NCBI GenBank assembly: GCA_020631975.1
Contig: JACKGO010000001.1
Span: 329,049 to 393,048 of the forward strand
Reading direction: 5' to 3'
Source of the DNA: Candidatus Nomurabacteria bacterium
GTDB taxonomy: Bacteria > Patescibacteriota > Saccharimonadia > Saccharimonadales > CAIOMD01
Length of the DNA: 64,000 nucleotides
The position numbers and the translations under genes were made by a program. Below the pieces are notes generated by a model that saw only the letters and a program-made list of their open reading frames with translations, had not been told where the DNA came from and made no database searches. Position 1 is the first letter of the stretch. Each line of letters starts with the position of its first letter. This document shows positions 53,428-62,899 of this stretch, piece by piece.

Positions 53428-54447
53428 TTAAAACTGCCTCAAAAAATCTAATTTACCGCTTAAAAAATGCCTGATATCTTCAACTTCATATTTCATCATA
53501 ACCAAACGTTCTACGCCCCCGCCCCATGCAAAACCCGTATATTCATTAGAGTCTATGCCCGCCATTTTAAGCACATTAGGATGTATCATACCGCAACCAA
53601 GTAATTCCAACCACATGTCTGCCTCTGTATTTCCTTTCCTTAATGTTTTTGGCCTCTCTATAGCAAACTCAAAACTAGGTTCGGTAAACGGAAAGTAAAA
53701 AGGTTGGATTTTTGCTTTTAAGTCTTGGCCATAATACTCACTCATAAATGCCCGCAATATAGCGATTAGGTTACCTACATTTATGCCTTTATCTACATAG
53801 ATGCCTTCTAGCTGATAGAATGCATGTTCATGTGTGGCGTCTAAGTCTTCGTTTCTAAATACTCTATCTGGGATTACAACAGCGATTGGTTCGCCGTTCA
53901 TTAAATTATTTTTGTATTGTATAAGCGCCCTATTTTGCATGGTGCTCGTATGTGCTGGCGCAATAAGACCTTCTGTGGTCATAAAGGTGTCGTAATCGTC
54001 GCGGGCTGGGTGGCCTTCTGGAAAATTAAGACTTTCAAACATATGGTAGTCATCATCAACTTGGCGCGATTCCATAGCAGTAAAACCCATCCGGTAAAAA
54101 ATATCTAAGATATATGTAATTTCTGACATCAAAGGATGCTCACTCCCTACACTAGAAGTAAACGTCTGTGGTCTTTTTGTGGTATTGGGTGCAAACGGCG
54201 CAGTGACGTCAATTGGTTGACGGTTGTCTTGTACTGCTTCTGTAGAAAACCACGATGTAACTTCCTTTTTTAGTGCATTTACTTCTGCGCCAAATAAAGG
54301 TTTTTGCTGACTATTTTTGTTTGGCAATTCTGCATAGAGCTGCTTAAACACAGGGCTGCGCACTATAGCTGTTTTATCACTGAGCTGGTTAAATTCTTGC
54401 TGCAATTTAGCTTTTGCAGACTGTACTTCTTGGAATGTATACGACAT
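53428..54447 (-). CDS. pheS: Phenylalanine--tRNA ligase alpha subunit
   Basis: Class II aaRS motifs (FRNEDLDATHEHAFYQLEG, GFAWGGGVERL); 339 aa. Confidence 0.95.
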   Translation of the reverse strand: MSYTFQEVQSAKAKLQQEFNQLSDKTAIVRSPVFKQLYAELPNKNSQQKPLFGAEVNALKKEVTSWFSTEAVQDNRQPIDVTAPFAPNTTKRPQTFTSSVGSEHPLMSEITYILDIFYRMGFTAMESRQVDDDYHMFESLNFPEGHPARDDYDTFMTTEGLIAPAHTSTMQNRALIQYKNNLMNGEPIAVVIPDRVFRNEDLDATHEHAFYQLEGIYVDKGINVGNLIAILRAFMSEYYGQDLKAKIQPFYFPFTEPSFEFAIERPKTLRKGNTEADMWLELLGCGMIHPNVLKMAGIDSNEYTGFAWGGGVERLVMMKYEVEDIRHFLSGKLDFLRQF

Positions 54448-54486
54448 ATGGCTTTCATTATACTACGTGTACAGATAGACATGCTA

Positions 54487-54514
54487 TTGACATTTTTAGC
54501 GAGACATATATATT
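54487..54514 (+). promoter_or_regulatory. Promoter (-35 TTGACA, 16 nt, -10 TATATT) placed 9 nt upstream of the 54524 ATG (leaderless configuration)
   Basis: TTGACA is at 54487-92 and TATATT at 54509-14. There is no SD before the ATG. Confidence 0.55.
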
Positions 54515-54523
54515 CAAATTACC

Positions 54524-54733
54524 ATGTCCAACCAAAAGCCACGTATTGGCGATCGGGTGTCTGCCAGCCATGCAGCTGGTAACGAGTTCTGCGCAAATGC
54601 CACATGTCGCACGTACGAAGGGTTCATAACAGATATTGTGCAAGATATCATAACAATATATGATGGACAGCACCATGTGCGGATAAAAAATACCGGTGCG
54701 TGGGTCTTAGAAATATACGATGAAGTAACATAA
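54524..54733 (+). CDS. Small hypothetical protein, 69 aa
   Basis: The ORF has a consensus -35 promoter directly upstream and is followed 17 nt later by yajQ. I recognise no family. Confidence 0.5.
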   Translation: MSNQKPRIGDRVSASHAAGNEFCANATCRTYEGFITDIVQDIITIYDGQHHVRIKNTGAWVLEIYDEVT

Positions 54734-54750
54734 AACGAAAGAAATGTACT

Positions 54751-55248
54751 ATGGCACTATTTAGTTTTGACCTTGAAAGTGAATACGATAAATCAGAAAT
54801 GAACAATGTCGTAGACCAAGCCCAGCGCGAGATTGCAAATAGGTATGATTTTAAAAATACCACTGCGCAGTTAAGCTGGAAAAACGATGATAAACAGGCA
54901 CTACTTATTAATGGTGATACCCAATTTCAGCTCGATGCAATTATAGAAATTATCCGTAAAAAACTTGCCCTTCGAGGTCAAAGCCAAAAATGTTTAGATG
55001 TAAGTGCTGAACCAACCACCAATAATTTGCGAATGAGTCTAACGGTGCCCTTGGTACGTGGTCTAGACCAAGCCAAAGCTAAAGCTATCACTTCACTCGT
55101 GAGAGAGCATTATCCAAAAGTAAAAACCCAGATACAGGGCGAAACAGTTCGTATTATGAGTGCAAAAAAAGATGAACTCCAAAACGTGATAACGCTATTA
55201 AAAACCCACGAATTTGATTTTCCGATTATATTTACCAATTATCGATAA
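54751..55248 (+). CDS. YajQ-family (UPF0234) nucleotide-binding protein
   Basis: SFDLESEYDKSEMNNVVDQAQREIANRYDFKNT matches the N-terminus of the YajQ family; 165 aa. Confidence 0.85.
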   Translation: MALFSFDLESEYDKSEMNNVVDQAQREIANRYDFKNTTAQLSWKNDDKQALLINGDTQFQLDAIIEIIRKKLALRGQSQKCLDVSAEPTTNNLRMSLTVPLVRGLDQAKAKAITSLVREHYPKVKTQIQGETVRIMSAKKDELQNVITLLKTHEFDFPIIFTNYR

Positions 55249-55268
55249 TAGAACTATACTAATAGTAT

Positions 55269-56579
55269 ATGAATACGTTGGCTGTCACATGCGAAGACGT
55301 TCTTAGAGCCAATGATAGGGGTACACATTCGGTGCCATCACCTGGCCTTTACCCTCATCAGTGGTTGTGGGATAGTTGTTTTGCGGCGATAGGCTGGTCA
55401 TATATTGACCCTCAACGGGCAAAACAAGAATTACTGAGTCTTATTCATGGCCAATGGCATAACGGTATGATGCCACATATGATATTTAGTGCCGATAAAC
55501 GCTATGCCCGCGATCGGAATATGTGGCGTAGCTGGGTGTCGCCAGAATCACCAAATGATGTAGCAACATCAGGCATCACTCAACCGCCAGTACTTGCAGA
55601 AGCAACCTGGCGTGTTGGCAATGCCCTACCCAACAACGAGCGAAAGCAGTTTTATACTAAAATGTACCCCGTACTCCTTGCGTATCATAGCTGGCTATAC
55701 GAAGAACGAGATCCACACAAGGAAGGCTTGACTATTCAGATCCATCCTTATGAAACAGGTCTCGATAATACCCCACCATGGGAACAACAACTACGTGAAC
55801 ACAGTCGGCCGATGTGGATTGCAGCAATAGAAAATAGTCGTCTAGAAAAATTCATTAATTTTGTGCGGCGTGATACGCGAAGCGTGCCTAAAGAACAACG
55901 TATGCGGAATATTGATGCACTCATGGCATGGGATGCTATATTACGCTTACGCCGTAAACATTATGATATAGACCTTATTCTGCACAGATCGTTATTTGCT
56001 ATAGAAGATGTAGGCTTTAATGCCATTTTCATTCGCAATAACCAAATACTAAGAGATATTGCTAAGACTATATATAGAAAACTGCCTAAAGAACTAGATG
56101 CTAACATGCAACAAAGCGAAATTGCCATAGAATCTCTGTGGGACGAAACTTACAGTATTTATTTTAGTCGTGATTTTATAACCAAAAAACTGCTTCGGCA
56201 GCCAACAATATCTAGTCTGTTGCCACTGTATAGTGGTGCTATAAGCAAAAAAAGAGCGGAAACACTTGTAAAAATATTAACCACTTCTTCTGCCTTTTGG
56301 ACGCAATTTCCGGTACCGTCTGTGCCTAAAAATAGTCGAATATTTGACGAGTGGCGGTACTGGCAAGGACCAAGTTGGCTCAATACAAACTGGCTCATCA
56401 TAGATGGCCTAGAGCGTTATGGTTTCACACAAGAATCTCAAGCGCTTGTCAGCCATACATTACAAATGGTGCGTAGCAGTGGCGTCTGGGAATACTATAA
56501 TCCAAACAACGGAGAGGGCTTAGGCAGTGCTGACTTTACCTGGACAGCAGCGCTTACGCTAGATTTATTACATAGATAA
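55269..56579 (+). CDS. (alpha/alpha)6-barrel glycoside hydrolase, GH63-like (glucosyl-/mannosylglycerate hydrolase or debranching-enzyme-like)
   Basis: YPHQWLWDSCFAAIG and later W/Y-rich motifs (GPSWLNTNWL) are typical of this fold. The assignment is by pattern memory only. Confidence 0.55.
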   Translation: MNTLAVTCEDVLRANDRGTHSVPSPGLYPHQWLWDSCFAAIGWSYIDPQRAKQELLSLIHGQWHNGMMPHMIFSADKRYARDRNMWRSWVSPESPNDVATSGITQPPVLAEATWRVGNALPNNERKQFYTKMYPVLLAYHSWLYEERDPHKEGLTIQIHPYETGLDNTPPWEQQLREHSRPMWIAAIENSRLEKFINFVRRDTRSVPKEQRMRNIDALMAWDAILRLRRKHYDIDLILHRSLFAIEDVGFNAIFIRNNQILRDIAKTIYRKLPKELDANMQQSEIAIESLWDETYSIYFSRDFITKKLLRQPTISSLLPLYSGAISKKRAETLVKILTTSSAFWTQFPVPSVPKNSRIFDEWRYWQGPSWLNTNWLIIDGLERYGFTQESQALVSHTLQMVRSSGVWEYYNPNNGEGLGSADFTWTAALTLDLLHR

Positions 56580-56599
56580 ACGCTACTAAATAGGCTAAG

Positions 56600-57670
56600 C
56601 TAGTCTTCTTTGGGCTTTTCAATAACAAGTGGTTCAACACTTGCGTCCGTGTGAGCTATTTTTATAACGTCTTTATCCATCTTTTTAAGTTCTTTATGCG
56701 CAGTGTTAAAATGATTTACGGTTGTCCCTAAACTTGTGCCAAGCTTCTGCATGTATGTTTCGTGCGTCGCAATATGTTTACCAAGCTCGCCTACCCTTTT
56801 TTGAATTTCTTTGGCTTGCTCCTCTATCTGCAAGCTCCGCAAGCCCTGCAATACTGTTTGCAAGTATGCGAGTAATGTCGTCGGGCTGACAATAATAACT
56901 TTTTTATCGATAAATGCATATTCTAGTAAATCTCTCGCAGACGTATTGGTCATACCTACCTGATTAATAAGTAGATCATAATAAATGGCTTCGCTCGGTA
57001 TAAACATAAATGCGTAATCTAGCGTGTTTTCTGCTGGCCGTATGTACTTAGCTGTTTCGTCTATCCTATTTTTTAAATCCGCTTTAAATAATTTTGCGAG
57101 TGCAACACGTTTAGTTTTATCGGTTTCTTCTACTAATCGGTTATAGTTTTCAAGGCTAAATTTACTATCAATTGCCAGAAGTCTGCCTTTATCTAGTTTA
57201 ATCACTGCATCGACTATTTCTCCGTCAGCAAATTTGTACTGTAATTGATATAGCTTACTTGGTAAAACATTTCCAAGAACCACGTCTAAATAATACTCAC
57301 CTATACCACCACGTTGTTTAGGGTTTTGGAGCACATTTTGCAGCATTTTAAGTTCATCTGCAACATCAACCACACGCTTATTCGTTTCGTCTAATTTTGT
57401 AAGTCTATTGGTGACGTCAGCAATTAGCTTTGCACTTTGGCTAAACTGCTGTTGCATAGTATCACTCATAAGCTTAGTGTTTTTGTCTAAGCGGTCGTTA
57501 ACAGTGATATTAAGACTGTCTTTAATTGCATCGAGGCGATTATTTAAGTTTTGTATCTCATTGTTGGTTATGGCAGGGGCAGCGCTACGTCTGAGCGCAT
57601 ACACTAAATACATAATGGTTGCCAACAAAACTATTGTCAGAACTATCAGAACAATGGTAATTACATCCAT
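56600..57670 (-). CDS. rmuC: DNA recombination protein RmuC
   Basis: N-terminal TM helix, a coiled coil and a C-terminal RmuC nuclease-like domain (DYAFMFIPSEAIY); 356 aa. Confidence 0.85.
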   Translation of the reverse strand: MDVITIVLIVLTIVLLATIMYLVYALRRSAAPAITNNEIQNLNNRLDAIKDSLNITVNDRLDKNTKLMSDTMQQQFSQSAKLIADVTNRLTKLDETNKRVVDVADELKMLQNVLQNPKQRGGIGEYYLDVVLGNVLPSKLYQLQYKFADGEIVDAVIKLDKGRLLAIDSKFSLENYNRLVEETDKTKRVALAKLFKADLKNRIDETAKYIRPAENTLDYAFMFIPSEAIYYDLLINQVGMTNTSARDLLEYAFIDKKVIIVSPTTLLAYLQTVLQGLRSLQIEEQAKEIQKRVGELGKHIATHETYMQKLGTSLGTTVNHFNTAHKELKKMDKDVIKIAHTDASVEPLVIEKPKED

Positions 57671-57759
57671 GTAAAACCTGCGTATAAAGTGCTGTTATCT
57701 ATTATCAATCTGTGCGCGCTTATGGTCATACCTTCTATGGTACATGCAATGCACCCATT

Positions 57760-57787
57760 AAAAAAGCCGGGATGTTTCACCCGGCTT
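57760..57787 (-). terminator. Rho-independent terminator downstream of the hdeD-like gene
   Basis: The minus strand reads AAGCCGGG-TGAAACAT-CCCGGCTT followed by TTTTTT. Confidence 0.7.
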
Positions 57788-57852
57788 TGGCGGAAGTTTA
57801 ACTTCCACTTTTAGTGTAGCGCTACAGCACGTTTATAGCAACTATACTCTAT

Positions 57853-58437
57853 TTATTTTTTACCTTTTTCTAGATGATCTTTAGCAGTAAAGCCAAGTCC
57901 AATTTGCATTGCGCCACTTACGAGGGCAAAGAAACCAATTACCCATACCCATGCCAATGTCGCTGCACTCGGATACCAAGCAACTACTAAACCAGCAAGT
58001 ACCGATAATGACCCAACAACGACATTAAGCCAGCGCGTAGCCCGATAGTCAGGATCTGCAAATGCTACGACGATTGCAACAACACCACGCACAATAAAAC
58101 TTAGCGCAATGAGTAGTACGAGTGTCATGACAGCTAAGCCAGAACCAATGTTACTTAGTAGGTAGACAGATACGCCCAAGAACAAAAGCCCAACCAATAG
58201 TGTAAGCGCGGCAGCAAAGAAGCCCGTGCTAAACTTTTTAATGCCACTGACAATATCAGCTATACCTGTAATTCCTATATACACTGCAAGTAGCAATGCT
58301 AGAACACCAATGGTAATACCCGGCCATATAATAGCCACAAAACCAAAGATGACTGATAATAGCCCTGTTAGGACTAACACCCACCACATGTTTTTCGTAT
58401 GTTCATCGAACATATACACCTCTGACTGCTTAGCCAT
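57853..58437 (-). CDS. HdeD-family (DUF308) membrane protein
   Basis: Six TM helices with the repeated DUF308 pattern (WWVLVLTGLLSVIFGFVAIIWPG). SD AAGGAGGA. Confidence 0.8.
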   Translation of the reverse strand: MAKQSEVYMFDEHTKNMWWVLVLTGLLSVIFGFVAIIWPGITIGVLALLLAVYIGITGIADIVSGIKKFSTGFFAAALTLLVGLLFLGVSVYLLSNIGSGLAVMTLVLLIALSFIVRGVVAIVVAFADPDYRATRWLNVVVGSLSVLAGLVVAWYPSAATLAWVWVIGFFALVSGAMQIGLGFTAKDHLEKGKK

Positions 58438-58486
58438 AGAGATCCTCCTTAAAGTTAGTACCTTTATACTAGCATACTTTTCATTA

Positions 58487-59599
58487 TTATGGCTTGGTTT
58501 TGTTTTTTAACACACTATCAGTTGTTGTTTCGGTAAGCTTAGATTCAATGACCTCATTCCTATTTAAGTATACAATGGCTATCTCTTGGAGCATTGCGGC
58601 AATTGGTAGCGCAACAAACGCACCAATAATTCCGCCGATGCTTGCGCCGGCTATCACCGCACCAAATGCAACAGCCGGGTGAAGTTCCATTGTATGTGCT
58701 GCTATCTTAGGTCCCAATATGTAGTTTTCTAGCTGTTGATACGCCACAATAAAGACCATCAACACAAGAGCATCTGTTGGGCTCTGTAATACCGCCACCA
58801 ATAACGGTAGTGCTGCTGCAATATACGTACCTATAATTGGTAAAAACTGGGATACAACCCCAACCCATATTGCCAGTGGTAAAGCAAATGGCACACCAAT
58901 TATAGTAAGTGCAATATAGTGTGCTACGGTTGATATTCCACCAAGAATAATCCGTGACACCATAAAGCCACCAGTTTTTTCTATGGCAATTTCCCAGGTA
59001 GTAAGCACGATTTTTTGTTGTCTTGGTGACAAGAAAGAACAAATCACCCTACGTAAATATGGTCCATCAGACACGAAATAAAACGTAAATAATAATATCG
59101 CTAGCACTTGTAACAATACATACAACAGTTGTCTTCCAAAGCCTAGCACATTGTTAGCTATGTTAGTTACATAATTCGTTACCGCCTGATCACTTAAAGA
59201 TAATTTATCTATTATGTCTGTTGATGAAATGTTCGTTCCTGCGACTGAATTAACAGTAGAAAGTAGAGAGGTAAGCCAGTCTGGTGATTGCTTTACTACC
59301 TCAGTCACTTGTTGAACGAATAGTGGTATCATCGCAGCAACTAGCACCACTGCCATACCTCCAAATGCCAGCAACACAACCGATGTTGCGATATTTCTTG
59401 ACCAGCCACGGTGAACCAGTTGGTTGACAATCGGCTCGAGTGCAAATGACAAAAATAGCGAAACAAGCAACCACGATAGTAAGTTAGATATTTGTAGCAA
59501 CACATAACCAGCAGCGATTGTAGCAACAATTGATGCGATGACAATACCAACGAGGCGCGGCGCCCAATTCGGAAGTGTGTGGCGTGATCTTCCTATCAT
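58487..59599 (-). CDS. AI-2E family transporter (PerM-like)
   Basis: 370 aa, multi-TM; the C-terminal half matches the AI-2E family pattern (LPIIGTYIAA...ENYILGPKI). Confidence 0.8.
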   Translation of the reverse strand: MIGRSRHTLPNWAPRLVGIVIASIVATIAAGYVLLQISNLLSWLLVSLFLSFALEPIVNQLVHRGWSRNIATSVVLLAFGGMAVVLVAAMIPLFVQQVTEVVKQSPDWLTSLLSTVNSVAGTNISSTDIIDKLSLSDQAVTNYVTNIANNVLGFGRQLLYVLLQVLAILLFTFYFVSDGPYLRRVICSFLSPRQQKIVLTTWEIAIEKTGGFMVSRIILGGISTVAHYIALTIIGVPFALPLAIWVGVVSQFLPIIGTYIAAALPLLVAVLQSPTDALVLMVFIVAYQQLENYILGPKIAAHTMELHPAVAFGAVIAGASIGGIIGAFVALPIAAMLQEIAIVYLNRNEVIESKLTETTTDSVLKNKTKP

Positions 59600-59614
59600 A
59601 GTTCTATAGTAACA

Positions 59615-60916
59615 CTACTGGGCTGATGGTCGATTCATTACACGAACACATACATGTACTATGTATAGCACAATGCTCGCAAAGGTAGCCCATGCGAATC
59701 CTGTAATGACTTGATTGTAATCAGGTGGAATCCGTACCCCTACAATAACAAACAATGCGATAAATAACGTCCAGCTTATTACACTGATGTACGCAGAAAA
59801 ATCTATTAACCAACGAGGCAGCGATACGGTCGGTAACAGCTTGGTGGCCAAGTGCACAATTGTTGTATCGACATACTGCCGGACGCGTTTAATCCAGGCA
59901 ATTGGCGCACTTACAATAGCAACAATAGTTATCGCAAATAACAGTGTACCGTAACTAATCGTCCTATTCTTGAGTGGTTCTGTAATTGTCGTATACACAG
60001 CTTGGGCGAGCCCTTTGTTTTCTGGATTCACACTATTGCCTAAATGCCAATTGCCCAGCGAAAGCGCAGCTATCGTTGCAAACATCATCACTAATGAGAG
60101 TACTAAAAATACGATAACTAAGCGTCGCTTTTTTACAGATAAAAGTACTGCACCGAGCAGGGTTACTAAACTAGTCGCTAAAAATACAGGGGGGGCAACA
60201 CTCAGCATATTAATGTAACTACGTGCTTGTGGAAGCCACTGAATTTCAGCGAGGGTGATTGTGCCTACCTTGGGGGGCAGTTGTCTATTAAACAGAAAAC
60301 TTAATTTATCGTCAGACGATACGTTTGCAGATATTTTCGTGTATACATCATTTACATCCACTACTCCGTCATTATTATCATTTTGAATATAGCCAACCAC
60401 AGCAGTCTGCGCTTTACCCAACGCTTCACCCCAAAGTGTATATACTTGTGGGCTACTAATAACTTTTTGAATGCGTCCTTCAGTTACTGATACCACTTGA
60501 TTAGCGAGCGGACCACTTAAAAAAGCCACTTGGTCTGGTAAGACATTTTCTAATTGTTCTTCTACATTTACGTTTTCAAACAATCTTGTTGATATTTCTT
60601 GCGTAATATTTTCTTGAACAGCCGGCTGACTAATAAGTGGCTGCATTGTTGCAACAAATGTATCAGTGTCTAGAATTGTGTTTTTTACCCAACTAGATAC
60701 ATTAAACAACATAAAACTAACAACAGACACAGTGAGTAATAACACTGTTAAAGCATTTTTATACCACTTGCGTGATTTTTTTGGCTTTTTAGATGTAATG
60801 GCAACCAACTGCTCTTTTAGAGCATCATTTTCTTGTTGTAATCTCTTTGACTCTGCCCTAAGAGATGCGATTTCTTGTGATTGTGGTGGTTTACGATTAC
60901 TTTTCTTGGTTGGCAT
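59615..60916 (-). CDS. Hypothetical integral membrane protein with N-terminal coiled coil, 433 aa
   Basis: Basic N-terminus, a heptad segment (LRAESKRLQQENDALKEQL), a large extracytoplasmic domain and then about 5 TM helices. Confidence 0.65.
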   Translation of the reverse strand: MPTKKSNRKPPQSQEIASLRAESKRLQQENDALKEQLVAITSKKPKKSRKWYKNALTVLLLTVSVVSFMLFNVSSWVKNTILDTDTFVATMQPLISQPAVQENITQEISTRLFENVNVEEQLENVLPDQVAFLSGPLANQVVSVTEGRIQKVISSPQVYTLWGEALGKAQTAVVGYIQNDNNDGVVDVNDVYTKISANVSSDDKLSFLFNRQLPPKVGTITLAEIQWLPQARSYINMLSVAPPVFLATSLVTLLGAVLLSVKKRRLVIVFLVLSLVMMFATIAALSLGNWHLGNSVNPENKGLAQAVYTTITEPLKNRTISYGTLLFAITIVAIVSAPIAWIKRVRQYVDTTIVHLATKLLPTVSLPRWLIDFSAYISVISWTLFIALFVIVGVRIPPDYNQVITGFAWATFASIVLYIVHVCVRVMNRPSAQ

Positions 60917-60955
60917 ATGGCACTACTTCTTGTAACTTAGCTATATTTAAAACAA

Positions 60956-60984
60956 ATTATACTACTTTTTTAATATTATTTCAA
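60956..60984 (-). promoter_or_regulatory. Promoter of the 433-aa membrane protein gene (-35 TTGAAA, 17 nt, -10 TATAAT)
   Basis: On the minus strand TTGAAA is at 60984..60979 and TATAAT at 60961..60956. Confidence 0.55.
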
Positions 60985-61014
60985 GTTTCTTTGCCAAAAA
61001 TGCTTATTTCTGTG

Positions 61015-61023
61015 TGGTATAGT
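61015..61023 (+). promoter_or_regulatory. Extended -10 promoter element TGgTATAGT, 7 nt upstream of ATG 61031 (leaderless configuration)
   Basis: TG is at 61015-16 and TATAGT at 61018-23. There is no SD. Confidence 0.45.
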
Positions 61024-61030
61024 TGTGCAT

Positions 61031-62110
61031 ATGAGTTCTAAAGTACAATCCTCACCCATAAATCAAAAAGTAATCATCACTGCCGTTATTATTAGCGTGA
61101 TATGCTTAATGCTATTTTTGCAAAACTATTTTATATTAATTACGCTTGCTGCAATTTTAGCCTTTTTATTTAACCCTATATATAGGTGGTTTTTAGTTAA
61201 GTTTAAGGACAGAAAAGGTAGCGCGGTGAGTATGACTGTAGTCGTAATGTTTATTACAGTTGCTATACCCGTTTCACTGCTCATCACGGTAACGGTAGCA
61301 CAGGCAATAGAGTTGGTAAATAATATACAATCTACTACTTCTACTGGTTCATTTTCTGATGCTGTAGACAATGCAGTCAATAGTTTAAACGATCAGGCTG
61401 CAAGATTACCATTTGTATCTACTAACCCTCTTAGCTCCGATAAGGTTATAAGTTGGCTGCAAGATAATGCATCGACAATTATTAATACTTCGGTAGACTT
61501 AATTAAAGGTTTCGCTGGAGGGATAGCAAACTTCTTTACCATGCTCATTATCTTTCTGTTTGTGTTTTCTTCTTTATTAAAAAACCAAAAGGAATTAATG
61601 AAGATGCTCAATGAAATTAACCCTCTAGGTGAAACACTCAATAAATTATACCTAAAAAGAATGGGAGACATGACCTCTGCAATGGTGAAAGGTCAGTTTG
61701 CCATAGCTGTAGCACAAGGTTTGTCTGGAACACTTTCTCTTTGGATAATTGGGTTTGACTACCTGGCATTTTGGTTCTTTTTATTAACGTTCCTTTCTAT
61801 CATTCCTTTAGGCGGGGGCATTATATTAATACCTTTAGGTATTGTTTTAATACTAACCGGTAATGTTTGGCAAGGGGTATTTCTCTTAGCATGGCACTTT
61901 ATCATTACGACAAATATCGATAATATAATGAGACCTAAATTTGTCCCTAAAAGTGCACGAATGGACCCGGCTCTTACAATATTATCTGTTTTTGCAGGAA
62001 TAGGTATATTTGGGTTTCTTGGTATTGTTATAGGTCCAGTTATTATGATTGTAATCTTATCAACAATTCAAATATACCTAGAATATAAGCGCAAGTATAT
62101 GAAAGCTTAA
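61031..62110 (+). CDS. AI-2E family transporter (second paralog)
   Basis: Multi-TM protein of the AI-2E family. ATG at 61031 preferred over the ORF-track GTG at 61025. Confidence 0.8.
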   Translation: MSSKVQSSPINQKVIITAVIISVICLMLFLQNYFILITLAAILAFLFNPIYRWFLVKFKDRKGSAVSMTVVVMFITVAIPVSLLITVTVAQAIELVNNIQSTTSTGSFSDAVDNAVNSLNDQAARLPFVSTNPLSSDKVISWLQDNASTIINTSVDLIKGFAGGIANFFTMLIIFLFVFSSLLKNQKELMKMLNEINPLGETLNKLYLKRMGDMTSAMVKGQFAIAVAQGLSGTLSLWIIGFDYLAFWFFLLTFLSIIPLGGGIILIPLGIVLILTGNVWQGVFLLAWHFIITTNIDNIMRPKFVPKSARMDPALTILSVFAGIGIFGFLGIVIGPVIMIVILSTIQIYLEYKRKYMKA

Positions 62111-62125
62111 GTTATATTATTTTGC

Positions 62126-62575
62126 TCAGTTAACTTTTTTATGCTGAATATAAATACTAATACCCGAAACTATTGTTAATGCTGTAAATGCCAAAAACGA
62201 TAAAAATGGTATTGTAATAAAGCCAAATATTTCAATTTCTGGCTTAGAGCAAGAAACGCCTGTGGCGGTGCAATCTAGTATATTCTTTTCTATAACACCC
62301 CATTGTAGTAATGAATGATAAAGACTAACAATAAAACCCAGGACACCAAAAGGTAGTACGTAATACATAAAGTTTTTATAATCTTTTCTAATAATTGCCA
62401 CTGTTGATATTATTGCCAGAGGGTAAATTAACAACCGTTGCCACCAACATAGATCACACGGAACAAACCCCTTAATTTCACTAAAATACAAACTGCCAAA
62501 TACACTAACCCAAGAAACGCCCCACACAAAATATGTTGCTAGTTCATTATAATTGTTTACTATTTTTTTGATCAT
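62126..62575 (-). CDS. Disulfide bond formation protein (DsbB/BdbC family)
   Basis: Four TM helices; CDLCWWQRLLIYPL and a second Cys pair (CTATGVSC). Confidence 0.8.
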   Translation of the reverse strand: MIKKIVNNYNELATYFVWGVSWVSVFGSLYFSEIKGFVPCDLCWWQRLLIYPLAIISTVAIIRKDYKNFMYYVLPFGVLGFIVSLYHSLLQWGVIEKNILDCTATGVSCSKPEIEIFGFITIPFLSFLAFTALTIVSGISIYIQHKKVN

Positions 62576-62636
62576 ATAGCTCTTATTATATACGAAAAGA
62601 CCATAATCACTATACGACTAAGATTATGCTAGTAAT

Positions 62637-62897
62637 CTATTGTAAATTGCTTAAATCGTTGTCCAGAGATGAGCCATCTAAGTCATTGTCTATATTGGTA
62701 GCATCTACCTGGCTCTCTAAGTCTGCCACATCTTTCGCGCTATTTACTGAAGTATCTACGGGTGGTTGTTGGGTGGTGCTGGTAGTTACGTCATTGGTTT
62801 TTTGTGTATTGTAGACTCGCCAACCAGCAAAACCTATTACGCCTATAAGAACTACGGCAATCATTACTATAATATGTAAAGATCCTTGTTGTTTCAT
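62637..62897 (-). CDS. Small membrane-anchored protein with acidic C-terminal tail, 86 aa
   Basis: One N-terminal TM helix followed by a T/Q/D-rich tail. It starts 2 nt after the upstream gene's stop. Confidence 0.5.
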   Translation of the reverse strand: MKQQGSLHIIVMIAVVLIGVIGFAGWRVYNTQKTNDVTTSTTQQPPVDTSVNSAKDVADLESQVDATNIDNDLDGSSLDNDLSNLQ

Positions 62898-62899
62898 AA

